In this document: positions 48,740-63,511 of the stretch, one piece after another
Position numbering within the stretch: the first letter of the stretch is position 1
Layout: each line of letters opens with the position of its first letter
Source: Thiotrichales bacterium
GTDB taxonomy: Bacteria > Pseudomonadota > Gammaproteobacteria > Francisellales > CACEW01
Reading direction: 5' to 3'
Length of the DNA: 64,000 nucleotides
NCBI GenBank assembly: GCA_947476405.1
Contig: CANJQG010000003.1
Location: 4 to 64,003 of the forward strand
Notes under the pieces: model-generated
The model's database searches: none
Seen by the model: only the letters and a program-made list of their open reading frames with translations
What the model was told of the DNA's origin: nothing
Position numbers and translations under genes: made by a program

Positions 48740-49648
48740 TTACAAACAAACGCCTGCCTTTTCCCATTCAGGCCCGAAAGGCGCAACAAACTTATAAGTC
48801 TGGCCTTCCCAAGCAAAAATAACCTGATAAGCATGAAGGAACATTCGCTTCAGACCTGTTTTATGAAAAAACTCACGATTAAATTTGAAATCTCCATACT
48901 TGTCATCTCCCACAATCGAATGCTGTGCTGCCTGACAATGGATGCGAATTTGATGTTGACGCCCGGTATGCAACAATGCCGATAAATACGTGACAGGCCC
49001 CATTTTTTGTAAGATTTGAAAGGTCGTCAATGAAGGCTTTCCTTCAACAGGTAATTCAATTCGATTCAAATTTTTAGGCCATTCGCCCTTAACCAACATA
49101 TGGTACGTTTTTTTAAAATCACGATCACGCAGAAGAGCATGCAGGCCTTTCAAAACACTTGGTTTTTTTGCAATTAGCAAACAACCCGAAGTCTCTTTAT
49201 CAATTCGATGCGCCAATTCAATAAATTTAAGATCAGGACGATCAATCCGCAAGGCTTCAATCAGCCCCACTCGCGTATCACTTCCGGCATGCACTGAGAC
49301 ACCAGAAGGCTTATTAATGACCATAAAATCATCATTCTCAAATAAGAGACAGGTTTTTACCCAAACTTGTTGATCGCTATTTAACTGCGTAATCGGTTTT
49401 AAAACAGGTTCCTCTTGAATCAAGGGAGGAATACGAATTTCGTCATTTAAAATCAAGCGATAATCTGCATCTACTCGTTTTTTATTGACACGGACCTCTC
49501 CTTTTCGCAAAAGGCGATAAATCCGAGTTTTAGGCACATTTTTTAAAAGACGAAACAGGCAATTATCCAAGCGCTGCCCCTCATCCCGATCAGTGACCAG
49601 ATGAAACTGAACGGGTGTTTTAACGGGTCTTTCTTCAGAAGCATTCAT
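48740..49648 (-). CDS. rluC: 23S rRNA pseudouridine synthase RluC
   Basis: S4 domain (RLDNCLFRLLKNVPKTRIYRLLRKGEVRVN) and catalytic HRIDKETSG. Confidence 0.85.
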   Translation of the reverse strand: MNASEERPVKTPVQFHLVTDRDEGQRLDNCLFRLLKNVPKTRIYRLLRKGEVRVNKKRVDADYRLILNDEIRIPPLIQEEPVLKPITQLNSDQQVWVKTCLLFENDDFMVINKPSGVSVHAGSDTRVGLIEALRIDRPDLKFIELAHRIDKETSGCLLIAKKPSVLKGLHALLRDRDFKKTYHMLVKGEWPKNLNRIELPVEGKPSLTTFQILQKMGPVTYLSALLHTGRQHQIRIHCQAAQHSIVGDDKYGDFKFNREFFHKTGLKRMFLHAYQVIFAWEGQTYKFVAPFGPEWEKAGVCL

Positions 49649-50871
49649 TTATTAATCCTTAGTAAAATAACGGAAAAGCCCGTAGCCACTGCTGCTACAA
49701 TGATTGGCAACAGCGGCGAAACATGCAAAAGCATCCCTAAAAATAAAGCTAATATTCCCCAGGTCAATCCAAACACCGCACCTGCGCCCCCCATGACCCG
49801 GCCTTGCTCATCAGAATTAACGGCATTGGAAAACAGGGCCATTAAACAGGTATAAACCAAACAATCTGATGAGGCTAAGAAAAATCCAGCAATCCACTGA
49901 ACACTTAAATCCCTTCCAAAAATAGAGAGCAAAATAAAAATAAACATGCTCGTCAAACCCAATAAAGTGAGAAAACGCAATGGAAATCGTTTCAATAAAA
50001 AAGGCTGCAACCATAGGGTCATGGATAAAAAACTAAATCCAATTAAGGCATAAAAAAAACTAACCTCCACAGGGGTTTGCCCAAAATGACTACTCAGCAA
50101 TACGGGAATCGTTTGCACATAAGCGCCCCAGCCCATTTGCATTAAAAAGAAAATGGCAGTTAGAAACGCAACACGCTTATCCAGAAATACAAATTTACAG
50201 GTTGTAATCACGCTTAAAATACGAATAGGTCGCTTAGACCGCTGACCATTACTATCTTTCAATAAGCAAAAAATAGAAAGCGTATTTAAAGTCGCCAGCA
50301 CCGCCGCACTCAAAAAAGTCCATTCAGAACCATGCGCAGAACCTGCAAAATGATAGGCCGTCGCACTCACCAATGGACCAAACACAAACCCAATAGACGC
50401 AGCCAAGACCACCCAGCCCAAATTACGTGCCCGCACCGCTTCCGGACTAATATCAATAATAATCGCCTGAGCCAAAGGAAAAGAACTTGAAAAGAATCCA
50501 TTTAACAAACGACTTGCCAAAAACAACCCGGCACTGCCCGCCAGCAAACTCATGTATGAAAACACATAACTTAAGGCGACCAATCCCAGCGCACTACCCA
50601 AAACCCAGCGTCGCCCAAAGCGATCCGATAATTCACCTAAAAAAGGAGAGCCAAAAAAAATCCCACCCGCCCAAAGCGCCAGCGAAAATCCATACAAAAA
50701 TTCACGCGTTCCAATTGAAACCCCTGGCTGCAAAATAGGGGAATGAGCACTTAAAAAAAGATCGGGCATCAAAGGAAAAATAAGCCCCATACCCATTGTA
50801 TCCAAGACAATTGCAACCAAAACAACTGCAATAATGACATTATTTTTTTTCATATTATTAACCCAGAACAC
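49645..50871 (-). CDS. MFS transporter
   Basis: 12-TM profile with the GELSDRFGRR loop motif. The start is possibly M at 50853. Confidence 0.8.
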   Translation of the reverse strand: MFWVNNMKKNNVIIAVVLVAIVLDTMGMGLIFPLMPDLFLSAHSPILQPGVSIGTREFLYGFSLALWAGGIFFGSPFLGELSDRFGRRWVLGSALGLVALSYVFSYMSLLAGSAGLFLASRLLNGFFSSSFPLAQAIIIDISPEAVRARNLGWVVLAASIGFVFGPLVSATAYHFAGSAHGSEWTFLSAAVLATLNTLSIFCLLKDSNGQRSKRPIRILSVITTCKFVFLDKRVAFLTAIFFLMQMGWGAYVQTIPVLLSSHFGQTPVEVSFFYALIGFSFLSMTLWLQPFLLKRFPLRFLTLLGLTSMFIFILLSIFGRDLSVQWIAGFFLASSDCLVYTCLMALFSNAVNSDEQGRVMGGAGAVFGLTWGILALFLGMLLHVSPLLPIIVAAVATGFSVILLRINK

Positions 50872-50936
50872 CCTTTACAAAAACCACAAAAGCAGCATAA
50901 AATCACAGCACGCATTATAACAGCAAGGTTCATCCT

Positions 50937-51518
50937 ATGTACAGCTTAATTTTATTTGCCTACCTACTTGGCTCGGTAAACAGCGCCATCATTGTTTGCA
51001 AACTAGCAGGCCTGCCGTCTCCTCGCACCATTGGGTCCGGAAACCCAGGCGCGACCAATGTTTTACGCTTAGGAAGCAAAAAAGCAGCGGCATGCACTTT
51101 GCTCGGCGATGTCTTAAAAGGAATCATCCCCATCCTGATAGGCCACGGCTTTCATTTACCCCCAAGTGTGCTTTGCTGGATTGCACTGGCTGCTATTTTA
51201 GGACATATCTACCCCCTCTATTTTGGATTCAAAGGAGGAAAAGGCGTGGCCACCGCAATGGGCTGTGTCTTTGCCATTCATTTCCTATTAGGCATATGCG
51301 TCGGCGCCACATGGTTAATCTCAGCTAAAACAAGCCGCTATTCTTCTCTATCCTCGATGATTTCAATGACCTTAATGCCTTTTTTTGCACTTGTATTGAT
51401 TGGCCCAGACAGCTTTATTCCCTTACTTTTGATCACTCTTTTTATTTTAATCCGCCACCGCTCGAATATCCAAAAATTAAGACTTGGACAAGAATCTAAA
51501 ATCTTCCAAAAAAAATAA
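50937..51518 (+). CDS. plsY: Glycerol-3-phosphate acyltransferase PlsY
   Basis: GSGNPGATNVLR and GGKGVAT motifs. Confidence 0.93.
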   Translation: MYSLILFAYLLGSVNSAIIVCKLAGLPSPRTIGSGNPGATNVLRLGSKKAAACTLLGDVLKGIIPILIGHGFHLPPSVLCWIALAAILGHIYPLYFGFKGGKGVATAMGCVFAIHFLLGICVGATWLISAKTSRYSSLSSMISMTLMPFFALVLIGPDSFIPLLLITLFILIRHRSNIQKLRLGQESKIFQKK

Positions 51519-51546
51519 AAATAAAATAAAATTTCACCGCCACTGC

Positions 51547-52434
51547 TTAATAAACAGACGGCTCGCCCAAAGGCCGCGTTTTGAAACGCCGATGCACCCA
51601 GAGATATTGGTCGGGATAGAGGCGCACATGGGCTTCGATCAGGGCATTGATCCGCAATGTATCTGCTTCATCATCTCCACTCGGAAAATTTTCTAAAACT
51701 GGAAAAGTCATCACCCGATAACCGCCGCCATCCGGCAAGCGATGCATAAAAATAGGCATCACTTGTGCACGACCCAGCTTAGCAAGAATTGACGTACCGA
51801 CAATAGTCGCTGCTTTGGCATGAAAAAACGGTACAAATACACTGCGAACCCTTCCAAAATCTTGATCCGGCGCATACCACAGAATGGCTTTTTTACGCAA
51901 TACTTTGACCATTCCCAAAACATTTTCGTGCGCAATCATATACTTCACCAAGCGCTTGCGAGAACGATAAACCAAATCATTAAACAACGAGTGACGACTT
52001 TTTTTATACACCAAACCCCCATTCGGAATCCGCTGCGCAAACTGGCGACAAAACACTTCCAGACAATCAAAATGGGCGCTGAGACCAATAATACCTTGAT
52101 CCTTCGCCACCGCTGCACGATAATTTTCTTCACCATCCCAATAAAAAGGAATTTTATTAAAACGCTGATCACTCATCAGCCAGGCCATTAGCCCTTCCAT
52201 CCCCGCCATGCCCAAACTTTTAAACGAATTCACACGAATACGTTTACGTTCGGCCTCTGTTTTTTCGGGGAAACAGAGCTTTAAATTCACATCTGCAATA
52301 TGACGACGTTTTTTCATCAGCCTCATCGTGATTAAACCTAAGACTGAGCCTAATTTTAACTGTGTTTTGTAGGGCAACAAAACCAACAAGCGCGCCAAAC
52401 CCACAGCCGAATAAAATCCTAGTTTTTTAAACAT
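51547..52434 (-). CDS. lpxL: Lipid A biosynthesis lauroyl/late acyltransferase (LpxL/HtrB family)
   Basis: N-terminal anchor, an HFDCLE HX4-acidic (HX4D/E-type) motif and family-typical length. Confidence 0.8.
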   Translation of the reverse strand: MFKKLGFYSAVGLARLLVLLPYKTQLKLGSVLGLITMRLMKKRRHIADVNLKLCFPEKTEAERKRIRVNSFKSLGMAGMEGLMAWLMSDQRFNKIPFYWDGEENYRAAVAKDQGIIGLSAHFDCLEVFCRQFAQRIPNGGLVYKKSRHSLFNDLVYRSRKRLVKYMIAHENVLGMVKVLRKKAILWYAPDQDFGRVRSVFVPFFHAKAATIVGTSILAKLGRAQVMPIFMHRLPDGGGYRVMTFPVLENFPSGDDEADTLRINALIEAHVRLYPDQYLWVHRRFKTRPLGEPSVY

Positions 52435-52437
52435 GTC

Positions 52438-53001
52438 CTATGTCCGTGGCAAAGTCACGCCTTTCTGCCCCTGATACTTACCTCCACGATCTTTATAGGA
52501 AGTCAAACAATCTTCATCTGATTCTAAAAAAAGCATTTGCGCAACCCCTTCAAACGCATATATTTTAGCAGGCAAAGGTGTGGTATTCGAAAACTCTAGA
52601 GTGACATGACCCTCCCATTCTGGTTCTAAAGGGGTGACATTCACAATAATACCACAGCGTGCATAGGTGGATTTACCGAGACAAATAGTCAGCACATTGC
52701 GCGGAATCCGAAAATACTCCACCGTCCGCGCGAGCGCAAAAGAATTAGGTGGAATAATACAAACATCCCCTACAAAATCAACAAAATTTTTGGCATCAAA
52801 GGCTTTGGGATCCACAATCGTTGAATTGATATTCGTGAAAATCTTAAACTCATTCGCACAGCGCACATCATAACCATAACTCGAAGTGCCATACGAAATA
52901 ATTTTTTGTCCATCCCGTGTACGCACTTGCCCTGCATCAAAAGGCTCAATCATGCCAGCCTGCGCTTTTTCAACGATCCAACGATCTGCTTTAATCGACA
53001 T
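52438..53001 (-). CDS. dcd: dCTP deaminase
   Basis: MSIKADRWI start and SSYGYDVRC. Confidence 0.93.
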   Translation of the reverse strand: MSIKADRWIVEKAQAGMIEPFDAGQVRTRDGQKIISYGTSSYGYDVRCANEFKIFTNINSTIVDPKAFDAKNFVDFVGDVCIIPPNSFALARTVEYFRIPRNVLTICLGKSTYARCGIIVNVTPLEPEWEGHVTLEFSNTTPLPAKIYAFEGVAQMLFLESDEDCLTSYKDRGGKYQGQKGVTLPRT

Positions 53002-53005
53002 ATTT

Positions 53006-55835
<2,830 letters not shown>

Positions 55836-55852
<17 letters not shown>

Positions 55853-56858
55853 CTTGTGCCTCCTGAACTTGGGCATCATTGCCAGCCTGCCAACGCAAAT
55901 AAGCGGTATTTTGATTAGAGGCTTGTGACTGAGTTTGATTAATGGCTTCTGCACTACGACTGTTTTGCTGTAATAATATTGGCAAATAAGCAGCGGTCAC
56001 CGCTGGATTTTCAGAATAAGCAGTTTGTAACGCCGTTAAATTAGATGCGTCTCTTTGCGCATTCACTAAAATTGAAAACTGCTGCGCATTCGAATTTTGA
56101 AGGGTGCTCGATGCTTCTTGTGTAGACAATGGTTTAATCAAGGCTGCAAATTGATTAGCCGAATCCATCATTTTTTGCACTTGATTTTTCGCGATTTGAA
56201 CCGTAGCGTTAAAGGTTTGACTCATGGTATCAGGAACACTCACATTATTGACCGATACGCCTTTCAGCGTAATTCCATATGCTGTCAGACTCGGTAACGC
56301 CGCGTCAATTTGCGTATTCAAATCAGGCCAGGCATGCACGCTGAGCAAAGACACTGCATTTTGATTCTGCATCACCGAAATCAGGGCTGCAGCCAATTGT
56401 TTTTGCAAAAGCAGAGTCACCGGGCCGTAAAACAAATATTTTTGCGGATCCGCAACCTGATAATTTAAAACCACAGTGGTCTTGACCAGATCACCCTCTT
56501 TGGTCAGAAGCAAGGCTTGGTCAGAAACACTCAAGACTTGTGTTACATCCACAATCGTGCGCTGATCCACCAAAGGAATCGTCCAATGCAAGCCAGGACC
56601 TTCCACCGCAGTCAGCGCCCCAAAGCGTGTAATCACCATTTTTTCCGTTGGTTTCACCGTCACTACACTTGAAAAAACGAGCAAGACCAAACACAAAATA
56701 ATTAAAATAAAAAGCCACCACCAAGGCGAGGCTTCATTTTGTTCTGGACCCATACTGAGTGGATTTTTCTTTTTAGGCGCAAACGAGCGACCCACTTTTT
56801 TAAACCACTCCTCTAAATCAGGCGGGCCACTATTAAACGCTTTCAGGTAAAAAGGCAT
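55836..56858 (-). CDS. hflK: HflK-like protease modulator
   Basis: N-terminal GPPDLEEWFKK, a TM segment, then an SPFH segment (VITRFGALTAVEGPGLHWTIPLVD). Confidence 0.7.
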
Positions 56859-56944
56859 ATCCCTTGGGGCTTTTCTATAAAAGAACCTATTTTAGAAACT
56901 TTTACAGCTTTTGTCGATTGGTGTACTCATGCGAGAGAATCAGA

Positions 56945-57286
56945 TCACTGCCAATAATGCTCAAGAATCCGAATCTCAATGGTAGGGTCTGCAACCCAGT
57001 GATGTTTTTCTAAAATAGGTTTGATATAAGCCTTGAGACACTCAAACAATTGATCTCCAATCATTTTAAGCACTTCTGGTGGACGGGGACGCAAAGCAAG
57101 CTCCAGAAAAATAAGGACTTCAGGATTTTGATGCTCGCCAATATACACCGTCGAGACGTCATTGATTCGGCTTTTACACTTTGCAATGTCGGCATAGGGA
57201 CTTAAAATCAGATGTGCCTGCTTAAAAAAATCATGCCAATCTTCTCGCTTTAATTCTGGACTCAAATGTAAAATAACATGTGGCAT
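56945..57286 (-). CDS. 5-carboxymethyl-2-hydroxymuconate isomerase (CHMI) family tautomerase-like protein
   Basis: Begins MPH (Pro-1 after Met removal). 113 aa with a layout comparable to HpcD-type CHMI. Its ATG directly follows the kdpB TAA. Confidence 0.55.
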   Translation of the reverse strand: MPHVILHLSPELKREDWHDFFKQAHLILSPYADIAKCKSRINDVSTVYIGEHQNPEVLIFLELALRPRPPEVLKMIGDQLFECLKAYIKPILEKHHWVADPTIEIRILEHYWQ

Positions 57287-59359
57287 TTAGGAAAACCCCA
57301 TTACGGTTAAGAGCATATCGATCAGTTTAATCCCAATAAACGGGACAATCAAGCCCGTCAAACCATAAATCAAAGCATTGCTTTTTAACAACTGTACGGC
57401 GGAAACATGACGATACTTAACCCCACGCAAAGCCAGGGGAATCAAGAAAACAATAATCAGCGCATTAAAAATAACCGCTGACATAATCGCACTGCTGGGG
57501 GAAGTCAAATGCATAATATTCAGTTGATTTAAAACCGGATAGGTCCCTGCAAAAGCAGCAGGAATAATCGCAAAATATTTGGCTAAATCATTCGCAATAC
57601 TGAAGGTGGTCAAGGCCCCCCGAGTCATCAATAATTGCTTTCCAATTTCAACAATCTCAATCAGTTTAGTCGGGTTAGAATCTAAGTCTACCATGTTGCC
57701 TGCTTCTTTTGCCGCTTGCGTTCCTGTATTCATCGCCAATGCCACATCTGCCTGGGCTAAAGCAGGCGCATCATTCGTACCATCTCCGGTCATAGCGACT
57801 AAACGCCCTTCCGCCTGTAAGGTCCGAATATATTTAAGTTTATCCTCCGGAGTTGCATTTGCTAAAAAATCGTCCACTCCAGCCTCGGCTGCAATGGCCG
57901 CTGCAGTTAATGGATTATCTCCAGTGATCATAATGGTTTTAATACCCATGTTTCTTAAGGCAGCAAAACGCTCTTTAATACCACCTTTAATAATATCTTT
58001 GAGGCGTACAACACCGAGCACCCTGTTACCTTCAACCACCACCAAGGGGGTACCACCCTGCTCTGCAATACCCTGAACTAATTGGCGAACCTCAAGGGGA
58101 AAAGCGCCACCAAGATGCTCAATATACACTTGAATGGTTTCAGCTGCGCCTTTTCGAATCTCACGCCCAGGCATATTAATTCCACTCATTCGGGTTTGGG
58201 CTGTAAAAGGGACAAAACTGGCATGAAGCTCGCTGATATCACGCCCTCGCAAAGCATATTTTTCTTTGGCCAAAACGACAATACTCCGCCCTTCTGGCGT
58301 TTCATCAGCAAGCGAAGAAAGCTGAGCTGCATCAGCCAATTGCTGAACAGTCACACCTGGCGCAGGAATAAATTCAGTGGCCTGACGATTCCCTAAAGTA
58401 ATCGTACCTGTTTTATCCAATAAAAGAACATCAACATCTCCCGCTGCCTCCACTGCACGGCCAGAGGTGGCAATCACATTGGCACGAATCATACGATCCA
58501 TTCCTGCAATTCCAATCGCAGATAACAGCCCTCCAATCGTTGTCGGAGCCAAGCACACGAAAAGAGCGGTTAAGACGACCATTCCAATGACCTTCCCCGT
58601 TCCTGACGCCATCACACTATAAATTGAAAAAGGTAAAAGCGTCACACAGACTAACAAAAAGATAATCGTCAGCGTGACCAACAAAATATTTAAGGCGATT
58701 TCATTTGGTGTTTTTTGACGCTTTGCGCCTTCAACTAAACTGATCATATGATCCAAAAAGCTCTCACCTGGATTTGAGGTCACGCGAATAATTAACCAAT
58801 CAGAGAGAATCTGGGTGCCTCCGGTCACTGCATCGCGATCGCCCCCCCCTTCACGAATAACAGGCGCACTCTCACCGGTGATGGCACTTTCATTGACGGA
58901 AGCAATCCCTTGAACCACTTCTCCATCACTGGGAATAAAATCCCCCGCTTCAACTAAAACATAATCCCCCGCCCTCAAATTACAAGAGGCGATCCACTTA
59001 AACTCAGCCGTACGTAGGGGTTCAGAGAGACATTTTGCCTGGGTATCACGCCTGGCTTTGCGCAAAGTATCTGCCTGCGCTTTACCTCGCCCTTCCGCCA
59101 TGGCCTCTGCAAAATTCGCAAACAAAACCGTAAACCACAGCCAAATACACACCGAAAATACAAAACCAGGCGTCGCCTGATTGATGCGAAACAAGCTAAA
59201 AACAAATAAAACCGTCGTAAAACAACAACCCACGTAGACTGTAAACATCACTGGATTTTTAAGCTGCTGCTTGGGATTTAATTTCAAAAAAGCAGAAATC
59301 ACGGATGATTTTAAAATTTGACGATCAAAAAAGGACATTTTCTTTGCATTTTGAGTCAT
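57287..59359 (-). CDS. kdpB: K+-transporting P-type ATPase subunit KdpB
   Basis: DKTGTIT phosphorylation site, the MITGDN and [10 protein letters not shown] motifs, 690 aa. Confidence 0.95.
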   Translation of the reverse strand: MTQNAKKMSFFDRQILKSSVISAFLKLNPKQQLKNPVMFTVYVGCCFTTVLFVFSLFRINQATPGFVFSVCIWLWFTVLFANFAEAMAEGRGKAQADTLRKARRDTQAKCLSEPLRTAEFKWIASCNLRAGDYVLVEAGDFIPSDGEVVQGIASVNESAITGESAPVIREGGGDRDAVTGGTQILSDWLIIRVTSNPGESFLDHMISLVEGAKRQKTPNEIALNILLVTLTIIFLLVCVTLLPFSIYSVMASGTGKVIGMVVLTALFVCLAPTTIGGLLSAIGIAGMDRMIRANVIATSGRAVEAAGDVDVLLLDKTGTITLGNRQATEFIPAPGVTVQQLADAAQLSSLADETPEGRSIVVLAKEKYALRGRDISELHASFVPFTAQTRMSGINMPGREIRKGAAETIQVYIEHLGGAFPLEVRQLVQGIAEQGGTPLVVVEGNRVLGVVRLKDIIKGGIKERFAALRNMGIKTIMITGDNPLTAAAIAAEAGVDDFLANATPEDKLKYIRTLQAEGRLVAMTGDGTNDAPALAQADVALAMNTGTQAAKEAGNMVDLDSNPTKLIEIVEIGKQLLMTRGALTTFSIANDLAKYFAIIPAAFAGTYPVLNQLNIMHLTSPSSAIMSAVIFNALIIVFLIPLALRGVKYRHVSAVQLLKSNALIYGLTGLIVPFIGIKLIDMLLTVMGFS

Positions 59360-59362
59360 GAT

Positions 59363-61069
59363 CTAAACCCCAACCATCTGTAATTGCTCCACAACCGGCC
59401 CCAGCGCTAAAGAAGGAATAAACGTTAACCCCCCGATAATGAGAACCACCACAATCAAAAGCCCAACAAAAAATCCAGAATGCGTCGGCAAGGTTCCAAG
59501 ACCCACTGGGACAGTTTTCTTTTTAGCAAGCGAACCGGCAATTGCTAAAACCGGGATAATCACACCATACCGGCCCAACACAATGATTACAGCACCCAGG
59601 GCATTATAAAAAGGCGTATTTGCATTTAAGCCTGCAAAGGCACTGCCATTATTATTCGCCATAGAACTCATTGCATAGAGGATTTCAGTCAATCCGTGGG
59701 CGCTGGGATTTCCCAAACTCAATAGCGCTGTTTTACTCAAGACCGCCCAAGCCGTTCCAATTAAAATGAGGGCAGGAACAATTAAAATAACAATCGCAGC
59801 CATTTTCATCTCAAAGGGCTCAATTTTTTTACCTAAATATTCAGGAGTACGCCCAACCATCAAACCTGAAATAAATACAGCAATCAGGACTAAAATCAAC
59901 ATCCCATATAAGCCCGAACCCACCCCCCCAAAAACCACCTCTCCCAATTGCATCAAGAAAAGCGGAATCATTCCCCCCATCGGGGTATAAGAGTCCAGCA
60001 CACTATTGACTGAACCATTCGATGCGGCAGTCGTTGCAACTGAATACATAGCGGAATCCGTAATACCAAAACGGGCTTCTTTTCCTTCCATATTACCGCC
60101 CAGATTCATTCCATCTACTGCACTGACATTGATGTTCAGGCTATGCCACACAGGGTTGACATTCTGTTCCATCCGCACGGTTAAAAATAAAGCGCCCATA
60201 AAAATAATACCCATCGCAAAAAAGATAACCCAGCCTTGACGGATATCGCGAACCATTTTTCCAAAAGTAAAACATAAGGCAGCAGGAATCAAAACCAAAG
60301 CGAGCATTTCAAAAAAATTACTCATCGCAGTCGGATTTTCAAAAGGATGGGCAGAATTCGCATTAAAAAATCCCCCACCGTTGGTCCCTAACGCTTTGAT
60401 TGCCACTTGCGATGCAGCGGGCCCCATCGGCAAAGTTTGGGTAGCCGTAACAATATAAGCATGCAGGTTTTGAATCACACCCTGCGACATTAAAATCAGG
60501 GCCCAAATGACCGCTAAAGGCAATAAAATATACAAGGTGCCGCGAATCAAATCGACCCAAAAATTCCCAAGATGATCGGTTTCACGCCGACTAAAGCCGC
60601 GAATCAAAGCCATTAAAACCGCCATTCCCGTTGCAGCAGAAACAAAATTTTGCACCGTCAAACCCAGCATATCAGTAAAATAACTAATACTCGACTCACC
60701 TGAATAGGCCTGCCAATTCGTATTACTCACAAAACTAATCGCCGTATTCATCGCTAAACTCAAATTCATATTGGCTTGATGCTCTGGATTCCAAGGCAAA
60801 TGCGCCTGTAACGTCAAGATAAAAAAAAGAACGAAAAAGCCGACTAAATTAAAAGCTAATACAGCGAGTAGATACTGCTTCCAATTCATCTCCTGCACAG
60901 GATTCACCCCTGAAAAGCGATAAAATAAACGTTCAAGAGGCCCCAAAACCCAGTTCAATCCAATGCTTTTGAACTCATAAACCCGGGCCATATAGACACC
61001 CAAAGGTTTGGCCAAAACAAATAAAATCAGCGCAAAGCCTAGAATTTGTATCATTGCATTTTGACTCAT
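59363..61069 (-). CDS. kdpA: K+-transporting ATPase subunit KdpA
   Basis: 568-aa polytopic protein with NTNWQAYSGE and GTNGGGFFNANSAHPFENP selectivity-filter-like segments. Confidence 0.95.
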   Translation of the reverse strand: MSQNAMIQILGFALILFVLAKPLGVYMARVYEFKSIGLNWVLGPLERLFYRFSGVNPVQEMNWKQYLLAVLAFNLVGFFVLFFILTLQAHLPWNPEHQANMNLSLAMNTAISFVSNTNWQAYSGESSISYFTDMLGLTVQNFVSAATGMAVLMALIRGFSRRETDHLGNFWVDLIRGTLYILLPLAVIWALILMSQGVIQNLHAYIVTATQTLPMGPAASQVAIKALGTNGGGFFNANSAHPFENPTAMSNFFEMLALVLIPAALCFTFGKMVRDIRQGWVIFFAMGIIFMGALFLTVRMEQNVNPVWHSLNINVSAVDGMNLGGNMEGKEARFGITDSAMYSVATTAASNGSVNSVLDSYTPMGGMIPLFLMQLGEVVFGGVGSGLYGMLILVLIAVFISGLMVGRTPEYLGKKIEPFEMKMAAIVILIVPALILIGTAWAVLSKTALLSLGNPSAHGLTEILYAMSSMANNNGSAFAGLNANTPFYNALGAVIIVLGRYGVIIPVLAIAGSLAKKKTVPVGLGTLPTHSGFFVGLLIVVVLIIGGLTFIPSLALGPVVEQLQMVGV

Positions 61070-61138
61070 TTTAATCGATCCACTCTGTTGGCAATTCCGC
61101 GTATACTACATCTCAAATCCTATCACTGTCAAAGCGCA

Positions 61139-61387
61139 TCAAAAACGAGATAAGCTCGAATGATGCATCAACCAGTATACGACCAGCCCCCAAACACCGG
61201 TCAACAATCCTACTAATACCCACGCAAGTCCTGGCAGTAATTGCGGGAAAATTTGCCTTTTTGCCAGCAGACTGATATCTTTCGCAATCGCAGTCGCAAT
61301 CACAATATGTAAGACAATCATCAGCATGACCAAGAGAATATGAAATTGCATCATACTCAAATTCATCGTATTAATGAGTTCATTCAT
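61139..61387 (-). CDS. Small membrane protein (hypothetical)
   Basis: 82 aa with two predicted hydrophobic helices. Lies 69 nt upstream of kdpA. Confidence 0.4.
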   Translation of the reverse strand: MNELINTMNLSMMQFHILLVMLMIVLHIVIATAIAKDISLLAKRQIFPQLLPGLAWVLVGLLTGVWGLVVYWLMHHSSLSRF

Positions 61388-61399
61388 TGCTCAGACCTC

Positions 61400-62794
61400 C
61401 TAAAATGTAGCATGCCCCGGCACACGCGGAAAAGGAATCAAATCCCGCACATTTCCAACCCCGGTTAAATAGCCCAGAAGACGCTCAAAACCCAAGCCAA
61501 ATCCAGCATGTGGGACCGTACCATAACGACGCAAATCTCGATACCAACTATAATCCTGTACATTCATACTCATCTCAATAATTCGTGCGTCTAAGACATC
61601 CAAACGTTCCTCACGCTGGCTTCCCCCAATCAATTCACCAATTCCAGGAACGAGCACATCCATCGCCGCAACGGTTTTACCATCTGCATTTTGACGCATA
61701 TAAAAGGCTTTGATTTCTTTTGGATAATTCATCAAGACCACCGGGCCCTTGACAATCTCCTCACACAAATAACGTTCATGCTCTGATTGTAAGTCCAAGC
61801 CCCATTTTACAGGGTAATCGAATTTTTTATTTGATTTTTCCAGTAAGACAATGGCATCCGTATAATCCATCCGCATGAAACCCACATCCAAAACATGCTG
61901 TAAGCGCGCAATGCAGCCCTTATCCACCCATTGATTAAAAAAAGCAATATCATCTTCTCGACGATTTAACACCGTGGTAATCACGTGCTTAATCAGACCC
62001 TCTGCTAAAGTTGCATCATCATTCAAATCTGCAAAGGCGATTTCAGGCTCAACCATCCAAAATTCAGCAAGATGCCGACTCGTATTCGAATTTTCTGCTC
62101 GAAAAGTGGGCCCAAAAGTATACACCTTCGACAAAGCCAACGCATAACACTCTGCGTTCAACTGTCCTGACACGGTTAAAAAAGCTTCTTTTGCAAAAAA
62201 ATCATGCGCATAATCAACTTTACCGTCTTTTAATGACGGATTCAGGGCATCCAAGGTTGAGACTCGAAATAACTCTCCCGCACCTTCGCAATCACTGGCC
62301 GTGATAATGGGCGTATTAACCCAAATCAAACCCTGGGCATCAAAATAATCATGAATGGCTTTGGCTGCAACATGACGAACACGAGATACAGCCCCGATAA
62401 TATTGGTTCGTGGCCGCAAATGCGCATATTCACGCAGATGTTCCATGCTATGCTGTTTAGGCGAAATCGGATAAGTTTCAGGATCTTCAATCCATCCCAG
62501 CACTTCGACTTGGGTCGCTTGAATTTCAACACGCTGCCCTCCCCCCATGGAGGCCATCAAGAGTCCGTCCACCTTGACCGCACAATCTTTGGTCAGCCTT
62601 AAAATATCTGAAGTATAGTTTGGCAAATCTTGGGGGATCACGGCTTGAATCGATGCATGACATGAACCATCACTAATCGCTAAAAATGAAATCCCTGCCT
62701 TAGAATCACGGCGGGAACGGACCCAACCATAAACAGAAACCTTCTGACCCAATTGATCCGATTGTAAAATAGTTGCAATAGAAGATTTTAACAT
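61400..62794 (-). CDS. asnS: Asparaginyl-tRNA synthetase
   Basis: Class IIb architecture with an OB-fold N-terminus ([26 protein letters not shown]), [19 protein letters not shown] and a GFGLGFERL ending. Confidence 0.95.
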   Translation of the reverse strand: MLKSSIATILQSDQLGQKVSVYGWVRSRRDSKAGISFLAISDGSCHASIQAVIPQDLPNYTSDILRLTKDCAVKVDGLLMASMGGGQRVEIQATQVEVLGWIEDPETYPISPKQHSMEHLREYAHLRPRTNIIGAVSRVRHVAAKAIHDYFDAQGLIWVNTPIITASDCEGAGELFRVSTLDALNPSLKDGKVDYAHDFFAKEAFLTVSGQLNAECYALALSKVYTFGPTFRAENSNTSRHLAEFWMVEPEIAFADLNDDATLAEGLIKHVITTVLNRREDDIAFFNQWVDKGCIARLQHVLDVGFMRMDYTDAIVLLEKSNKKFDYPVKWGLDLQSEHERYLCEEIVKGPVVLMNYPKEIKAFYMRQNADGKTVAAMDVLVPGIGELIGGSQREERLDVLDARIIEMSMNVQDYSWYRDLRRYGTVPHAGFGLGFERLLGYLTGVGNVRDLIPFPRVPGHATF

Positions 62795-63501
62795 TATTGT
62801 TGCACCACACTGACTTGAACTTGATGAGCCGCAAGCTGTTGCTTGACGGGACTATAGGCCGCAACACTGGAGAACGGCCCCACTAAGACTTGATAAGCGG
62901 GCTCTCCATTATCCTGAGTCGTCACCACCGTCGCATCCACACCAACCAATAAAAGTTGTGACAGCATTTGATTTGCATCATCAGAATTGGCATAACTTCC
63001 CGCACTTAAATAATATTTAACAGCCCCAGTCGTCTTGGGCGTAGGAACAGGCGTAGCAGGCGGTGCCTGTGTGACGGCTGGCGTTGCAGCGGGTGTTGCT
63101 GCTGCAACACTCGAAGTGGCGCTTGCACCTGTGCTCGCTGTAACCGCTGACGAAGCCGAGACGGATGCAGCGGGAGGGGGTGAGGCTGTTGAAGTTGAAG
63201 CAGAACTTGGATTATTGCCACTCGGCAAAACAGAATAAAAATCATATTGCGGAGCTGCAACCTGATTGGTTTGCGTTGGTTTTTCGTCATGATCTTGAGT
63301 CAAAAAAGCCAGGCGGTGGGCATGTTGGCGGTAAGCAGAAAATAAAACAACCAAGATAATCAAGGCCACAAAAACCCATAACCCCGTTTTAGAACTCGAT
63401 TGCTTTTTGGGGGCAACGGCCTGAGGTCGCCGATATGATGACCTAACTTCAGGACGACTCGACATAGGTGACTGGCCGACAATCTTGGCATAATCTTTCA
63501 T
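62794..63501 (-). CDS. SPOR-domain cell-division protein (DedD/FtsN-like)
   Basis: N-terminal TM segment, an Ala/Ser/Thr/Pro low-complexity linker and a C-terminal SPOR domain ([17 protein letters not shown]...[10 protein letters not shown]). Confidence 0.75.
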   Translation of the reverse strand: MKDYAKIVGQSPMSSRPEVRSSYRRPQAVAPKKQSSSKTGLWVFVALIILVVLFSAYRQHAHRLAFLTQDHDEKPTQTNQVAAPQYDFYSVLPSGNNPSSASTSTASPPPAASVSASSAVTASTGASATSSVAAATPAATPAVTQAPPATPVPTPKTTGAVKYYLSAGSYANSDDANQMLSQLLLVGVDATVVTTQDNGEPAYQVLVGPFSSVAAYSPVKQQLAAHQVQVSVVQQ

Positions 63502-63511
63502 TTCATATCCT

